A stretch of 64,000 bases of DNA from Candidatus Magasanikbacteria bacterium CG1_02_41_34 (GTDB taxonomy: Bacteria > Patescibacteriota > Patescibacteriia > Magasanikbacterales > UBA922). Of this stretch, positions 31,599 to 42,621 are shown in pieces. The translations under genes were made by a program, and so were the position numbers. The stretch covers positions 28,776 to 92,775 of the forward strand of contig MNVD01000014.1 of the NCBI GenBank assembly GCA_001871445.1, read 5' to 3'. The notes beneath the pieces were generated by a model. It searched no databases. It saw only the letters and a program-made list of their open reading frames with translations, and was not told the DNA's origin. The first letter of the stretch is position 1. Every line of letters starts with the position of its first letter.

Positions 31599-31608
31599 AA
31601 TAACGCAC

Positions 31609-32442
31609 ATGTTTCCTTCCCTTTCTCCCTCACAACTAAAATCTCTTTGCGAGACCTATCACCTTACACCTTCAAAAAAATACGGTCAGAATTATCTTAT
31701 CTCAGAATCACCAATCAATAAGATGATTGAAGCAGGGGAGTTGACTCCTGACGATACAATTGTTGAGATTGGGCCTGGTTTTGGGGTGCTCACCCTTGCG
31801 ATGGCACCACATGTAAAGAAGGTGGTGGCGTTTGAAATAGAAAAGAAATTGGAAACGTATTGGGAAGAAAAACAAAGAGCATATAAGAATATTCACGTTG
31901 TATGGGGAAATGCGCTGAAAGAAATTGGTAATAAGAAATTGGAAATTGGGCGTGTATACAAAGTACTTGCCAATCTTCCATATCAAATTACTTCTCACGT
32001 TATTCGTACACTCCTTGAGCTAGAGCAAAAACCTGAAAGAATTGTCATTATGGTACAAAAAGAAGTGGCTGAACGTATTTGTGCAAAAGCAGGGGATATG
32101 AGTGTATTAGCCGTATCGATTCAGTATTATGGTACGCCAAAGATTGTGACAAAAGTAACCAAAGGGAATTTTTGGCCATCACCAAAAGTTGATTCAGCAG
32201 TTGTTGCTATTACGAATATACAAGAAAGAAACGATGCTGAAACATTTTTTAGGTATGTTCGAGCAGGATTTCAAAATAAAAGAAAGCAACTGTGGAGAAA
32301 TCTTTCTCAAACATTGCATCTTGACCCTGATACGGTAAAGCGGACATTGCAGGACGTTGTAGGGGACGAGAAGGTTCGAGCGGAGGGTCTTTCCATAGAA
32401 CATTGGATACTTGTTATAGACAAATTGGAAGGAAAAACATAA
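31609..32442 (+). CDS. rsmA: 16S rRNA (adenine1518/1519-N6)-dimethyltransferase.
   Basis: KKYGQNYLISE, IVEIGPGFGVLT, NLPYQITS. Confidence 0.9.
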   Translation: MFPSLSPSQLKSLCETYHLTPSKKYGQNYLISESPINKMIEAGELTPDDTIVEIGPGFGVLTLAMAPHVKKVVAFEIEKKLETYWEEKQRAYKNIHVVWGNALKEIGNKKLEIGRVYKVLANLPYQITSHVIRTLLELEQKPERIVIMVQKEVAERICAKAGDMSVLAVSIQYYGTPKIVTKVTKGNFWPSPKVDSAVVAITNIQERNDAETFFRYVRAGFQNKRKQLWRNLSQTLHLDPDTVKRTLQDVVGDEKVRAEGLSIEHWILVIDKLEGKT

Positions 32443-32613
32443 AAAAGGAGACTGACGAGTGTTTGCTCGCTATTTCAGAATGAATGATTTGGACATTTTC
32501 AACAAGCGGATGAATACCATTCTTTTCTTTACTGTTAGATTTATCCCCGAACACGAACAGTACCGCTGTTCGTGTTTTTGTTTTTTTGGTATACTGAGAA
32601 CATTGAATTGATT

Positions 32614-33459
32614 ATGGCAGAATCGCCAAATCCAAAACGAATAACTATTGGACAAAAGGTTGGTGTGACCTTTATGTTTTTGTTTGCATTTTTGGCACTT
32701 GGCATGGGGGTATTGCAACTCCGTACAACAGTCTATGGACCTTTTGTGAGTCAGACTCGTTCAAAAGTCAGTGCGGCTGAACAAGCGCAATTGCAATTTG
32801 ATGAATCTCTCAAACTTCAGCGTATTGATACTGACAAAGATGGCTTGAATGATTTTGAAGAATTAAATTTTTATCAGACCAGTGCATATTTGCCAGATAC
32901 GGATTCAGATGGTATCAGTGATAAAAAAGAAATCAACGATGGAACAGATCCTCTTTGCCCAGAAGGAAAAGATTGTGGGCTCGGTGCTGATGGGACAAGT
33001 ACAGAAACAGTAGATGGTGCGACATTGGAAAACCCAATTTTTGATAAAGCATTTCAGACAAGTGGTAATATGTTGGGAGCGGGACAAACAGGGGAGGCGC
33101 CTAGTATATTGGATTTGAATGCATTACTCGGAGATCCAACGCAACTACGCGCTGCGCTTCTTGCCTCTGGTCAACTGAGTGCAGAAGAACTCGCACAGTT
33201 CAATGATGCTCAACTCATTGATCTTGCACAGAATGCACTCAAGTCTCAATCTGTCTCTACACAACAAACGCAAGCACCTGTTGCTGTCTCTACACAAACA
33301 GATGTGACAGTAGAACAACTGCAAGCATTGCTTGAAAAGCCAGATGAATTGCGTCAGCTTCTTATTACAACAGAAAAAATGACTAAAGAACAACTTGATC
33401 AAATAGATGATGCAACACTCATCTCGGTCACGAAGGACATTATTGCAAAAAATCGCTAG
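32614..33459 (+). CDS. Membrane-anchored protein with thrombospondin-type-3-like calcium-binding repeats.
   Basis: DTDKDGLNDFEE, DTDSDGISDKKEINDGTDP. Extended -10 TGgTATACT at 32589-32597. Start at MAESP. Confidence 0.45.
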   Translation: MAESPNPKRITIGQKVGVTFMFLFAFLALGMGVLQLRTTVYGPFVSQTRSKVSAAEQAQLQFDESLKLQRIDTDKDGLNDFEELNFYQTSAYLPDTDSDGISDKKEINDGTDPLCPEGKDCGLGADGTSTETVDGATLENPIFDKAFQTSGNMLGAGQTGEAPSILDLNALLGDPTQLRAALLASGQLSAEELAQFNDAQLIDLAQNALKSQSVSTQQTQAPVAVSTQTDVTVEQLQALLEKPDELRQLLITTEKMTKEQLDQIDDATLISVTKDIIAKNR

Positions 33460-33463
33460 ATCT

Positions 33464-36400
33464 ATGAATCGACAGAGAAGCATAAAAAAAATAAAAAAAG
33501 CACAGGCATATATATTTGTAAGTCTGTTTCTTTCATTTCAATTGAGTTTTTTTGTCATGAGCGCTACACAAGTGCAAGCAGCCTATGTAGATCCTGGCAT
33601 TATTAATATTGATCTCCCACGTAAGGTATCTGAAATACAGGAGAGTGTCTCTAAGTCACTCTTGTCGGGTGTCCTTGGCTCTCTTGTCAATATGGCATCA
33701 TACTTTATGAGGACGCTTGCCTATGATACTGCAAGTTATGTCGCATCTGGTGGAAAAGGACAAGGATCATTAATTTTTGAAAAACCATTTGGAGAATATA
33801 TCGCGGGTGTTGCGGCTAATTCTGTTGGAGAAGCTATTGATTCTTTGGGAAAAGGATTTGGTGTTAATCTTTGTGCGCCACCTGATTTGAGGTTGCAGGC
33901 GCAATTGAAAGTTGGACTCGATAGAATTTACAATCCTGTCACGGCTGCGGGAAAGAGTCTTGGTAATACGTCAGGCACGAGTGCCTCAGGACCACAATCA
34001 AGTTGTTCATGGCAAAAACTCAAAGAGAACTGGAGTGATGGTATCGACGTGGGGGTGGATATCAATGTCGCTGCAGACTTTGCATCTGAAGTAAATGTGA
34101 CTGAAACAGATTTTGGATATGCATTAAGTGCATTTCAACAACTGGATAGTCTCAAAGCAACACAAGAAAAAGCGGCTGAGCTTGAATCACTTGTGGGAAA
34201 TGGATTTAAGAGTGTTACTGATTTGGTGAGTGGGCATGTCAATACGCCGGCACAACAAATTCAAGACGAAACAAAAGCGCTCACGGCAAAGCATCAAGGA
34301 GAGTTGAGTTCACAGCAGATTGCGGGAATATATTCATCTGGTCTGTGGCAAGTTATCCCAACTGCAGCGTCAGTGTTTCTCAATACGCTCACATCACAAC
34401 TGCTCAATCGATTGTTTACTGGTGGGCTGGTACCATCAGAAAAAGAACGTGGGCAGGGAGTGGCAGATTTTTATGCTATCAATTCTGTTATCAGTCAACG
34501 ACAAGTTGCTCAGCGAGCTTTTAGTTTTCTCACTGCAAAAACAGGAGTCAAAGATCCGTCAGAATATGATATCCTCGCTGAATTTAGTGTCTGCCCAAGT
34601 AGCCCTGGCCTCAATAACTGTATCATGAATAATGACATGAAGACCGCTATTGACAGGGCATTGATCGGAAAGCCACTTACACTGTATGATGCAGTCTTTA
34701 AAGAAGGATTCATTTCTCCGAATACACCACTTATTTCTCCACGTAGAACAGCTGATAATGAATCTCTCGATTGTTATAAAGAGAATTTGTGTTATTCCAA
34801 CATTCAAAAAATGAGGAAAGCGCGTATCATGCCACTTGGTATGGAAATAGCTGCTCTGCGATCGGATCCAGATAACCCATGGACTATAGGAGAAGTACTC
34901 CAAGGATTTGAAAAATGTCCAACACTAAATGTGGATGGTTCAATAACGTCAGACATCACAAATTTCCCATTCTGTCATTTAGTTAATCCAAATTGGATTC
35001 TTCGTGCACCAGATGTTCGATGTGAAAATAGGGTTTATTCACCAGAATTATTAGTCCCTGAGTCCCCACGTCGACATGAAGATTGTGTTGATATTTCGAC
35101 ATGTCTTACTGAAGATGAAAATGGAAATTGTGTGGGTGATAAGTATTATGGATTCTGTACTCAAGAAAAAAATGTGTGGTTTTTTCCTGGTGATACCTGT
35201 GAACCAGCGTTTGCATCATGCAAAGCGTATACCAATCAGGAGACCAGAACGATAGTATCATATTTGTCACGTACACTTGAGTATGGTAGTTGTAATGAAA
35301 ACGCTGTTGGGTGTCTTCCATATGTGACAGAAAAGAAAGCTGGAACAGAGGAATGGAAAGGCACAAAAGATAGCATTGTCGGCGACAAGCTGTCTGGTGC
35401 TATGCAGGTATTGTATCTCAATGATCGTATCACCAATAGAGAGAATACATGTCCTGACACAGCTGATGGCTGTACCAAATTTGTTGGTGCTGAGCGAAAC
35501 AGTATGACCGGGGCATATATTCAAGATCCTGCCAAAGCGTATATTCAGGACACGACACGTCTTAGAAGTCTCAAAAAAGCACCAAATTATCTTGGGTGCT
35601 ACGATACAACGTTTACTGAAAATAGCCCAGAAGTCAATTTTCCAACAACACCACTTGAAATTGCTGTACTGACAGATGATCCACGTTGTGATGCCTACGC
35701 ATCTGTCTGTTTACCAGAAGAAGTGGGTTGTGAAGCTTATACCCCAGCAGGGGGCGGAGAAGCTGTCCCTGGTGTCGTCGGAGATAACTTTTGTCCAGCT
35801 GCTTGTGTTGGATACGATACCTTCCGTCAAGAAAAAACCAATTTTGAATCAAGTGAATATCCACTATACTTTATTCCAGCCAATGGCACAGAGTGTAGTG
35901 CACAACACGTTGGGTGTGACGAATTTACCAATATTGATGATGTTTCTCAAGGTGGGGAACAACTAGAGTACTATAGCTATATAAAGCAGTGTGAAGAACC
36001 TACTGGAGATAATAGAAGTGTTTATTATTCATGGGAAGGTTCTGAATCCACAGGATTTGTGTTGAGGGTTCACACGCTTGCAAAAGTCGGATCAGATTAC
36101 GAATTTATTCCATCAAGTCTTCAAGCAGATTTTCCACCTGAGTCTCCTGCCTATGCCGATGATTCTTCTGCAAATCTTTTAGAAAATGATGGACTATGTA
36201 ATGAAACGCTGTATACAAATGTTCTTAGTGGAGTTCCGGATGCACCACGTGCTTTTGCAGACTGTCGAGCACTCTATGATGCAAAAGGGGTGGCATATTA
36301 TCGACTGCTCGCTGAGACAGTGACGGTTTCTTCGGCATGTCATCCTATTCGTAAGACGGCGTCACGACTCGTTGTTAGTGATGATATTACGTCTGCAAAT

Positions 36401-39400
36401 ACCTGTTTACGAAAAAATGGATACTGGGACGGTAGCTCTTGTCAGGTGTGTTTTGGCGGGGGCAATTGGGTTGCGCAAGATGGCAATGCCACACAAGGAT
36501 CGTGTGTCTATTATGCGATTGATGCACCAGGAGAATCTGTCTCATGTCCTGCGTCGGCAAATGAATGTCGAGCCTATACCGGAAATGCTGGTAACAATGT
36601 CCGCCCAGTATTTGAAAGCGGGACGGATACGTTCGAACCTCTTGGTGATGATGCTGACTCACTGAGTCAAGCAAAATCTGCGTGGTCACCTGCTGATCAA
36701 GTGAGTATTGCGGCAGAGGCTCTCCAAGTAACATTCAATTCGCTCAGAGTCAATGGTGGTGCTGCTGCAAATAGCATTTCACGATCATTGCCGGCTGGAG
36801 CTTTCGAATCAAATACGGCGTACCAGCTGACATTTTGGGCACGGGGGACAGCGCAGACACTTAGTATTTCCTTGCAACAAGGTGATGATACCCGGTCGTT
36901 GACGACGGATCCTGTTACCAATACAAATCTTCCTATTTCTATTTCACAGACATGGCGAGCATATACGGTTGGCCCTGTGATATTTACCGGTGATGCCACA
37001 GCACCACTTGATCTTGTATTTCAGCGAGCAGGTGCATCAAACGGTATCTATTTCTTGGACAATGTTTCACTCTTGCGTACGGATGAAAATACCAATCGTA
37101 TCAAAAATTCATGGAAGACTGTCGAAGGATACGACGCACCAGCAGAATGTTTTGCTGATTCGCAAAATCCTCGTGGACCATTTCCTGGTGCAGCACTTGG
37201 CTGCCAAGAATACACGACCAGTCTTGGACAAACAGTATATGCAACAGGATTTGAACGACTCTGTAGAGAAAAAGCCGTAGGCTGTGCCCCATTGTGGGAC
37301 ACATTTAATTCTGATTCAACAGAAGCAGAGGTGTATAATGCGAGGTGTATCAGCGGTACATTGACACAAACACGGTATTCTCGAAATCCCGTTACTGCGG
37401 CAACAACATGTACGATCACGGTAGAAAGTTCAGAGTATACATGTTCTATTGCAGCAGGAGAGAGTTCCTGTGTGATTCCTGGGCCGATTCGTCTTTCATC
37501 GGATGAATTGATCACACCATTGAGTGCTCCTGGAACGGGTATACTAGTAATCAAAGAGGGTTCTGCTTCAGCATTGCATTTTGACAATCCTAGTTTCTTT
37601 GCTATTGTCGACAAATCAAGTGTCTATATTCCTGCAGACACGCCATTTGAATCTCCTGTATTTTTGACTGATACACCAGAATATATTTGTGCAGACAAAT
37701 ATCTTGGTTGTCGGGTGACAGGTCTCGAGGAACAGCATACGCCAGATAATGCAAGTGCGGTATCATATTCGTATACAGATCAGGGTGTGATCAATCTTCC
37801 TTCCACATATCTGGGTGATCAAGGGATTCTCTGTGTTCAAGATCAAGTTGCTTGTAGCGCTTTTACCACAAGTGATGGATCCACCAGTTATTTCAAGGAT
37901 CCTGCCGTCAATGCAAATAAACTGTGCGTGTATCAAGCTCCTCAAACAAATAATGTTGATGCACCTGAGGGATGGTTCCTCAAGTCTGTCGGGCATTGTA
38001 GTCAGGATGATGCTATTCTTTGTGATAGCAATGCTGCGTGTGGTGAAGGGAACACGTGTGTCGAGATTGGCGAATCAGAACCATGTTATCCAACATATCA
38101 GACAAATTTGGAAAGCTATGGTCTCTGGTCAAATGGATCGCAACAATATAGTGGTTATGTAGGGGAGTGTCCAGCGACACAAAATTTATGTACTGAGCTT
38201 GTTGATCCGTATGATGTAGATACGTCTGGCAAAAATCCTGATGGAAAACCATATTATGTTATCTATGATGATCAGGTAACTAAAAATGCGGATGAATGCG
38301 GCGGACAAGCAAGTCTCCGTGAAGGATGTGCTCTTTTTGATAATACCGAGGTTCCAACAAAATCATACGATACGGATGCTACATATGGATCCAGTGAGCA
38401 AAGAGCAGCAAAAGGCGACATTAATACACTCGTTGCGACAGTTTCGACAGACAAAAATGATGCGAATGTGCTTTTGAAAGTACAGCGAAATCGAGAGTGT
38501 AGTGAATGGCTTGCGTGTGAATCATATGAGCCGATTCAGACAGGAGATGGAAAACAAATATTTGCTTGTGAATCATTTGCTCGATGTATAGCCTTCGATG
38601 GTGTTGGGTGTTCGTCATGGGCAACAGACAATGGATCAACCAAACCATCAAATACATTTTTAAACCTAGACGTATATATCAGTCGTGATACGAGTTGGAA
38701 TGGTGCTGAATATACAGGATATTCACTGTACAACCGATTTGGATTGGGTGATCTCAAAATTATTAAGTTTTCTCAGAGTGAGCGTTTTTCGAATGCTGGT
38801 GTTGATGCCGATAATGGGTACCTCGGGTATGTTCTTTCTGATACCTATCTTACTGATAATCAAGGAGATACCTGCTTGAATGCGACCGTGGGAGATGTAT
38901 GTGGTATCAATGGGGAAGGACGTTGTATCAATACACAATGTGTTGTCCCCGCAGATGGTGCTTTTGATGCCAAGGATACGACTCTTTCTAATATTGCGAC
39001 AGCACTTGGTGTTGCCGAGTGTAAAGTCCCACCAGAACAAGATAGTCCATTTTCTTTTGATGTTATTCCACTCATTGAAAATAGAGATAAACATGGTTTT
39101 GCAAATAATAATGTTACTACAGATCTTGTACGATATACCTTTTCACACCGTCCTGCTGAGGTAAATGTTTGTCAAAGTGGTGATTGCACATGTAATTATG
39201 TGGCGGTTTCTTATGGTTCCTTAGTAAAAGATTATTGGGCATCAGACACGTATCACAAAAAGAGTAGTGATATTAGTCTGTGGGGTATTTGTACTGGTGC
39301 ATCTGAAACGGAAGGAGATTATTGTCGAGAAGATAATGACTGTAGTTTTGGGACATGTCAGAAAATAGATCGTATCGAGACACAAATAGGTTCGACAGGT

Positions 39401-42400
39401 CATTGTTTGGAATACGATTTTTCGAGGAAGATCTTTTCACCGAGTAGTGAACCACGGTATGCGTGTCTCACTTGGTACCCGTCTGATAAAAGCTTCGGGA
39501 ATGTAGACACCCGAAATCTTTTTTCTGCAGCAGGGTATGATCCTGCCATTGATGCATCAACCAGTAGTGGAGATACCGGAGGACAAGTGTATTGTACAAA
39601 CAGTTTTGGAAGAAGTGCCGGTGCATATGAAGGAGATGGTAATCTCTTGATACATCAGTTGTATGGAGGAGGATCAATGAAGAACGCTCCTGGATTACCA
39701 ATCGCTGCCTATGCGTATGATAGTCAGTCTTGTGCTCCTTTGACTATAGGACCAAATTCTGATAATCCATTTTTTAAGCAAAAAGCAGACGGAAGTATAT
39801 ATCTTCCAGAGTCATGGAGTCAGGTTGTCGGCTGTTCAATAGACTGGTTTTCAAAAATAAATACCAACCCTTTTGCGGGTTATGTCTGTGGGGCTCTGTA
39901 TGCTCATTCCTATAGTCGATCAGGAAATATCGATCCAAGTTGTGGATTAACAACCATACCTGAATATACACGAAAAGACTCTCTCAATTTCCTCTACAAT
40001 CTTATGTCCGGATTCGGATGGGAATTTATAGATAAAAATGCTGTGGTATTGCGCGTTGAAGGAGATACTTCTAGTGAATATTCTACCACGGGTGGACACC
40101 ACTTCGGTTATTGGGGTAAAGAAGATACATATCTTGTCAATGCTTTGGTCCCCAGTATGTCGATAATCGCTCAGATGAGGGATACACAGACACTCATGCA
40201 TCCACCGAGATTTGAGCTTACTGATGGTACATTTTCTTTTGACAACGCTGTACCAGTTGGAACTGGGGGAAATTTTATAGGGGTAAAAACAGATACGTTA
40301 TGTTTGCGTGCTGGGGGCTGTCCTTTTTACGAAGATTGGCCGACGCTTGCAACAGAAACTGAGGGATATCTTAATATACAGGCATTGAATTCTGTATACT
40401 TCATACCGTTACGCTCAACAGCTCCGTACAGTTCCCCTGTCATCTTCCAACCTGCAATTCTAAGTAAAGATCTAAAAATTGATTTTAGGGGACAACTTGG
40501 CACGAAACCAGAAGTATCAATATTATCGGCCCCTGATATGGTGGGTATTCCGGTTGGCCCAGATGCCACAACCAAAAGTACAAAAACGGCTGTAACGTCG
40601 TATAAATTGGAAAGAGATACTGCAAGTAATATTCCGTGCGATGGATTAGTTTCTTTTTGTTCCTATAGTGGGGGTTCTGATCTTGGTCAGGGAGAAAAAT
40701 ATACCTATACACCATCTAACACAGCAAATACTGATGATGCAGTAGCCTTTATTCAGTCAAAAAGAAATGAAGTTGCGACACGGTATGTTGTAGTATACTA
40801 TCCTCAGGAGCAGAATCTTTTACCATCATTTGTCAAAAATTCACCCAGTGAAAAGTTTACGAAACCTACATCTATAGAAACAGACCCATTTTCCGCCCAA
40901 TGTGTCTTCGCGGTAGGGAGTACTGTAAAAACAGATTATTTCGCTATAGGAATGGACTTTAATAAAGATGGAGAATTTCTAGGATATATCTCACGTAATT
41001 GTGGATATTATGGTATGCAAATGGCTGTCATCGCAACAATGAAGGATCAGTGTAGTGAATTTGTTAGTGTGTACAGAAATGTTGATCCGACCACTGAAAG
41101 CAACAAAGCCTGGACAAACCGGGTATGGAAAGGAACACAATATACACTCAAGGCAAGTTACACTGCACAGGTGTCGCAAGATGCGCAACATCCTCCATTT
41201 GGATCGTCACCATTTACAGAACAAGATATTACCACTGATGGCGCTGATTATAGAGCACAGGCGGCACTGTTAGCCTCTGTATTTACGAATTCAAAATTTG
41301 GTTATCCGTTCTTCTGTTACCCAGGCAACATAGCCAGTAGAAGTGTATTTGGTGATACCTCTCGCTGCGCATCACTAGTAGATGATGGATTTGATGCCAA
41401 TACTGTAGAAGCGTTCAGTGTGTTTAGCAATAAGGTGATGGGGGGGGGGTATTTCGACGGACCGTTTATTCATCCTTTCAATGGAGAAGAACTTCTATCT
41501 AGATTGTTTGCAAAATATTATGTAAAGAATGTATTCCCATTTGATACTGCTGTATCACTTGATTCACAGCATGGAGATTTGTATTATACGGATCCAGATA
41601 TGATTGAAGGAGCACATCTACAATATCCTCAGATATATTCGTTGAATCCTATCACTTGTTTCCCAAGAGAAAGCGCGATAAATTGTTCTGTTGCAAAAGA
41701 AAATGCGTTTTCTATCGGCGAAGCAGACAACGAGCAATATATTGGGAAAGGTACATATTCGGCAAAAGCACGGTTTTTCGCTTTTGCCGATGACAATCGT
41801 ATGCCTATTCGGCGTGTCATGATTGATTGGGATGATGGGGATACCACCAATAAAGGTGTGTTTGGAATGTATAAAAATAAAAAACCATATTGTGAGCCGA
41901 GCGACACACCTCCTACAGAGACATCTCTTGGATATTGTCGCAACCAAGCAACACGGGAATTTACACTTGTGACATGTCAGCAAGATTTGGACTGTCCAAC
42001 AGATGGAGAATATCATTGTTTACATACGTGGAGCAATACTCCTGAAGATGTCCAATATGGTATAGATGAACAAGTAGGTGGTGCAGAGTTTGTAGCGCCA
42101 CGGTTTGGAAATATGCCACGTGCATGTGATGCAAAACCATTTGAATATTATCATGCCTATGGTTGTGACAATCCTACACAAACAATATCCATGGTTCGTG
42201 ATCAACTGACAGATATAACCTACAACAAACTTATTGAAAGTGGATTGAATGATGGTAGTAAGATTTGTGTCTACCAACCGAAAGTGCAGGTACTTGACAA
42301 CTGGGGGTATTGTAATGGTAGTTGTAATGGAGCAGGGAATACTGGGTGTTATAATGATGATGGAATAGGTGGTATATTAGAATGTGATGCACCTGATTAT

Positions 42401-42451
42401 AGTACTCTCCATTGGACACCGTATCAGGGAATTATCGTAATTATCCCATAA
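33464..42451 (+). CDS. Giant (2995 aa) secreted Cys-rich surface protein.
   Basis: Uninterrupted frame over 9 kb. N-terminal signal/TM helix with AAY cleavage-like site. Many Cys and Gly residues, and one homopolymer G10. Start placed 5 nt after the upstream stop. Confidence 0.7.
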   Translation: MNRQRSIKKIKKAQAYIFVSLFLSFQLSFFVMSATQVQAAYVDPGIINIDLPRKVSEIQESVSKSLLSGVLGSLVNMASYFMRTLAYDTASYVASGGKGQGSLIFEKPFGEYIAGVAANSVGEAIDSLGKGFGVNLCAPPDLRLQAQLKVGLDRIYNPVTAAGKSLGNTSGTSASGPQSSCSWQKLKENWSDGIDVGVDINVAADFASEVNVTETDFGYALSAFQQLDSLKATQEKAAELESLVGNGFKSVTDLVSGHVNTPAQQIQDETKALTAKHQGELSSQQIAGIYSSGLWQVIPTAASVFLNTLTSQLLNRLFTGGLVPSEKERGQGVADFYAINSVISQRQVAQRAFSFLTAKTGVKDPSEYDILAEFSVCPSSPGLNNCIMNNDMKTAIDRALIGKPLTLYDAVFKEGFISPNTPLISPRRTADNESLDCYKENLCYSNIQKMRKARIMPLGMEIAALRSDPDNPWTIGEVLQGFEKCPTLNVDGSITSDITNFPFCHLVNPNWILRAPDVRCENRVYSPELLVPESPRRHEDCVDISTCLTEDENGNCVGDKYYGFCTQEKNVWFFPGDTCEPAFASCKAYTNQETRTIVSYLSRTLEYGSCNENAVGCLPYVTEKKAGTEEWKGTKDSIVGDKLSGAMQVLYLNDRITNRENTCPDTADGCTKFVGAERNSMTGAYIQDPAKAYIQDTTRLRSLKKAPNYLGCYDTTFTENSPEVNFPTTPLEIAVLTDDPRCDAYASVCLPEEVGCEAYTPAGGGEAVPGVVGDNFCPAACVGYDTFRQEKTNFESSEYPLYFIPANGTECSAQHVGCDEFTNIDDVSQGGEQLEYYSYIKQCEEPTGDNRSVYYSWEGSESTGFVLRVHTLAKVGSDYEFIPSSLQADFPPESPAYADDSSANLLENDGLCNETLYTNVLSGVPDAPRAFADCRALYDAKGVAYYRLLAETVTVSSACHPIRKTASRLVVSDDITSANTCLRKNGYWDGSSCQVCFGGGNWVAQDGNATQGSCVYYAIDAPGESVSCPASANECRAYTGNAGNNVRPVFESGTDTFEPLGDDADSLSQAKSAWSPADQVSIAAEALQVTFNSLRVNGGAAANSISRSLPAGAFESNTAYQLTFWARGTAQTLSISLQQGDDTRSLTTDPVTNTNLPISISQTWRAYTVGPVIFTGDATAPLDLVFQRAGASNGIYFLDNVSLLRTDENTNRIKNSWKTVEGYDAPAECFADSQNPRGPFPGAALGCQEYTTSLGQTVYATGFERLCREKAVGCAPLWDTFNSDSTEAEVYNARCISGTLTQTRYSRNPVTAATTCTITVESSEYTCSIAAGESSCVIPGPIRLSSDELITPLSAPGTGILVIKEGSASALHFDNPSFFAIVDKSSVYIPADTPFESPVFLTDTPEYICADKYLGCRVTGLEEQHTPDNASAVSYSYTDQGVINLPSTYLGDQGILCVQDQVACSAFTTSDGSTSYFKDPAVNANKLCVYQAPQTNNVDAPEGWFLKSVGHCSQDDAILCDSNAACGEGNTCVEIGESEPCYPTYQTNLESYGLWSNGSQQYSGYVGECPATQNLCTELVDPYDVDTSGKNPDGKPYYVIYDDQVTKNADECGGQASLREGCALFDNTEVPTKSYDTDATYGSSEQRAAKGDINTLVATVSTDKNDANVLLKVQRNRECSEWLACESYEPIQTGDGKQIFACESFARCIAFDGVGCSSWATDNGSTKPSNTFLNLDVYISRDTSWNGAEYTGYSLYNRFGLGDLKIIKFSQSERFSNAGVDADNGYLGYVLSDTYLTDNQGDTCLNATVGDVCGINGEGRCINTQCVVPADGAFDAKDTTLSNIATALGVAECKVPPEQDSPFSFDVIPLIENRDKHGFANNNVTTDLVRYTFSHRPAEVNVCQSGDCTCNYVAVSYGSLVKDYWASDTYHKKSSDISLWGICTGASETEGDYCREDNDCSFGTCQKIDRIETQIGSTGHCLEYDFSRKIFSPSSEPRYACLTWYPSDKSFGNVDTRNLFSAAGYDPAIDASTSSGDTGGQVYCTNSFGRSAGAYEGDGNLLIHQLYGGGSMKNAPGLPIAAYAYDSQSCAPLTIGPNSDNPFFKQKADGSIYLPESWSQVVGCSIDWFSKINTNPFAGYVCGALYAHSYSRSGNIDPSCGLTTIPEYTRKDSLNFLYNLMSGFGWEFIDKNAVVLRVEGDTSSEYSTTGGHHFGYWGKEDTYLVNALVPSMSIIAQMRDTQTLMHPPRFELTDGTFSFDNAVPVGTGGNFIGVKTDTLCLRAGGCPFYEDWPTLATETEGYLNIQALNSVYFIPLRSTAPYSSPVIFQPAILSKDLKIDFRGQLGTKPEVSILSAPDMVGIPVGPDATTKSTKTAVTSYKLERDTASNIPCDGLVSFCSYSGGSDLGQGEKYTYTPSNTANTDDAVAFIQSKRNEVATRYVVVYYPQEQNLLPSFVKNSPSEKFTKPTSIETDPFSAQCVFAVGSTVKTDYFAIGMDFNKDGEFLGYISRNCGYYGMQMAVIATMKDQCSEFVSVYRNVDPTTESNKAWTNRVWKGTQYTLKASYTAQVSQDAQHPPFGSSPFTEQDITTDGADYRAQAALLASVFTNSKFGYPFFCYPGNIASRSVFGDTSRCASLVDDGFDANTVEAFSVFSNKVMGGGYFDGPFIHPFNGEELLSRLFAKYYVKNVFPFDTAVSLDSQHGDLYYTDPDMIEGAHLQYPQIYSLNPITCFPRESAINCSVAKENAFSIGEADNEQYIGKGTYSAKARFFAFADDNRMPIRRVMIDWDDGDTTNKGVFGMYKNKKPYCEPSDTPPTETSLGYCRNQATREFTLVTCQQDLDCPTDGEYHCLHTWSNTPEDVQYGIDEQVGGAEFVAPRFGNMPRACDAKPFEYYHAYGCDNPTQTISMVRDQLTDITYNKLIESGLNDGSKICVYQPKVQVLDNWGYCNGSCNGAGNTGCYNDDGIGGILECDAPDYSTLHWTPYQGIIVIIP

Positions 42452-42463
42452 GCAAAATTAAAC

Positions 42464-42500
42464 AAAAAACGACCATTAATATAAAAATGGTCGTTTTTTT
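42464..42500. terminator. Bidirectional rho-independent terminator.
   Basis: A-run, cgaccatt...aatggtcg stem, then TTTTTTT. Confidence 0.55.
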
Positions 42501-42621
42501 ATCCTTTAGTATGTCATTGAATATAACATGCTAAAGGATCAGGTGTGAGGGCACAAGATCCACTGTTTGTTCTATCGCAAACTTGTTCGTTACACCCTCT
42601 CAAGTGCGATAGTCAGGGGTT

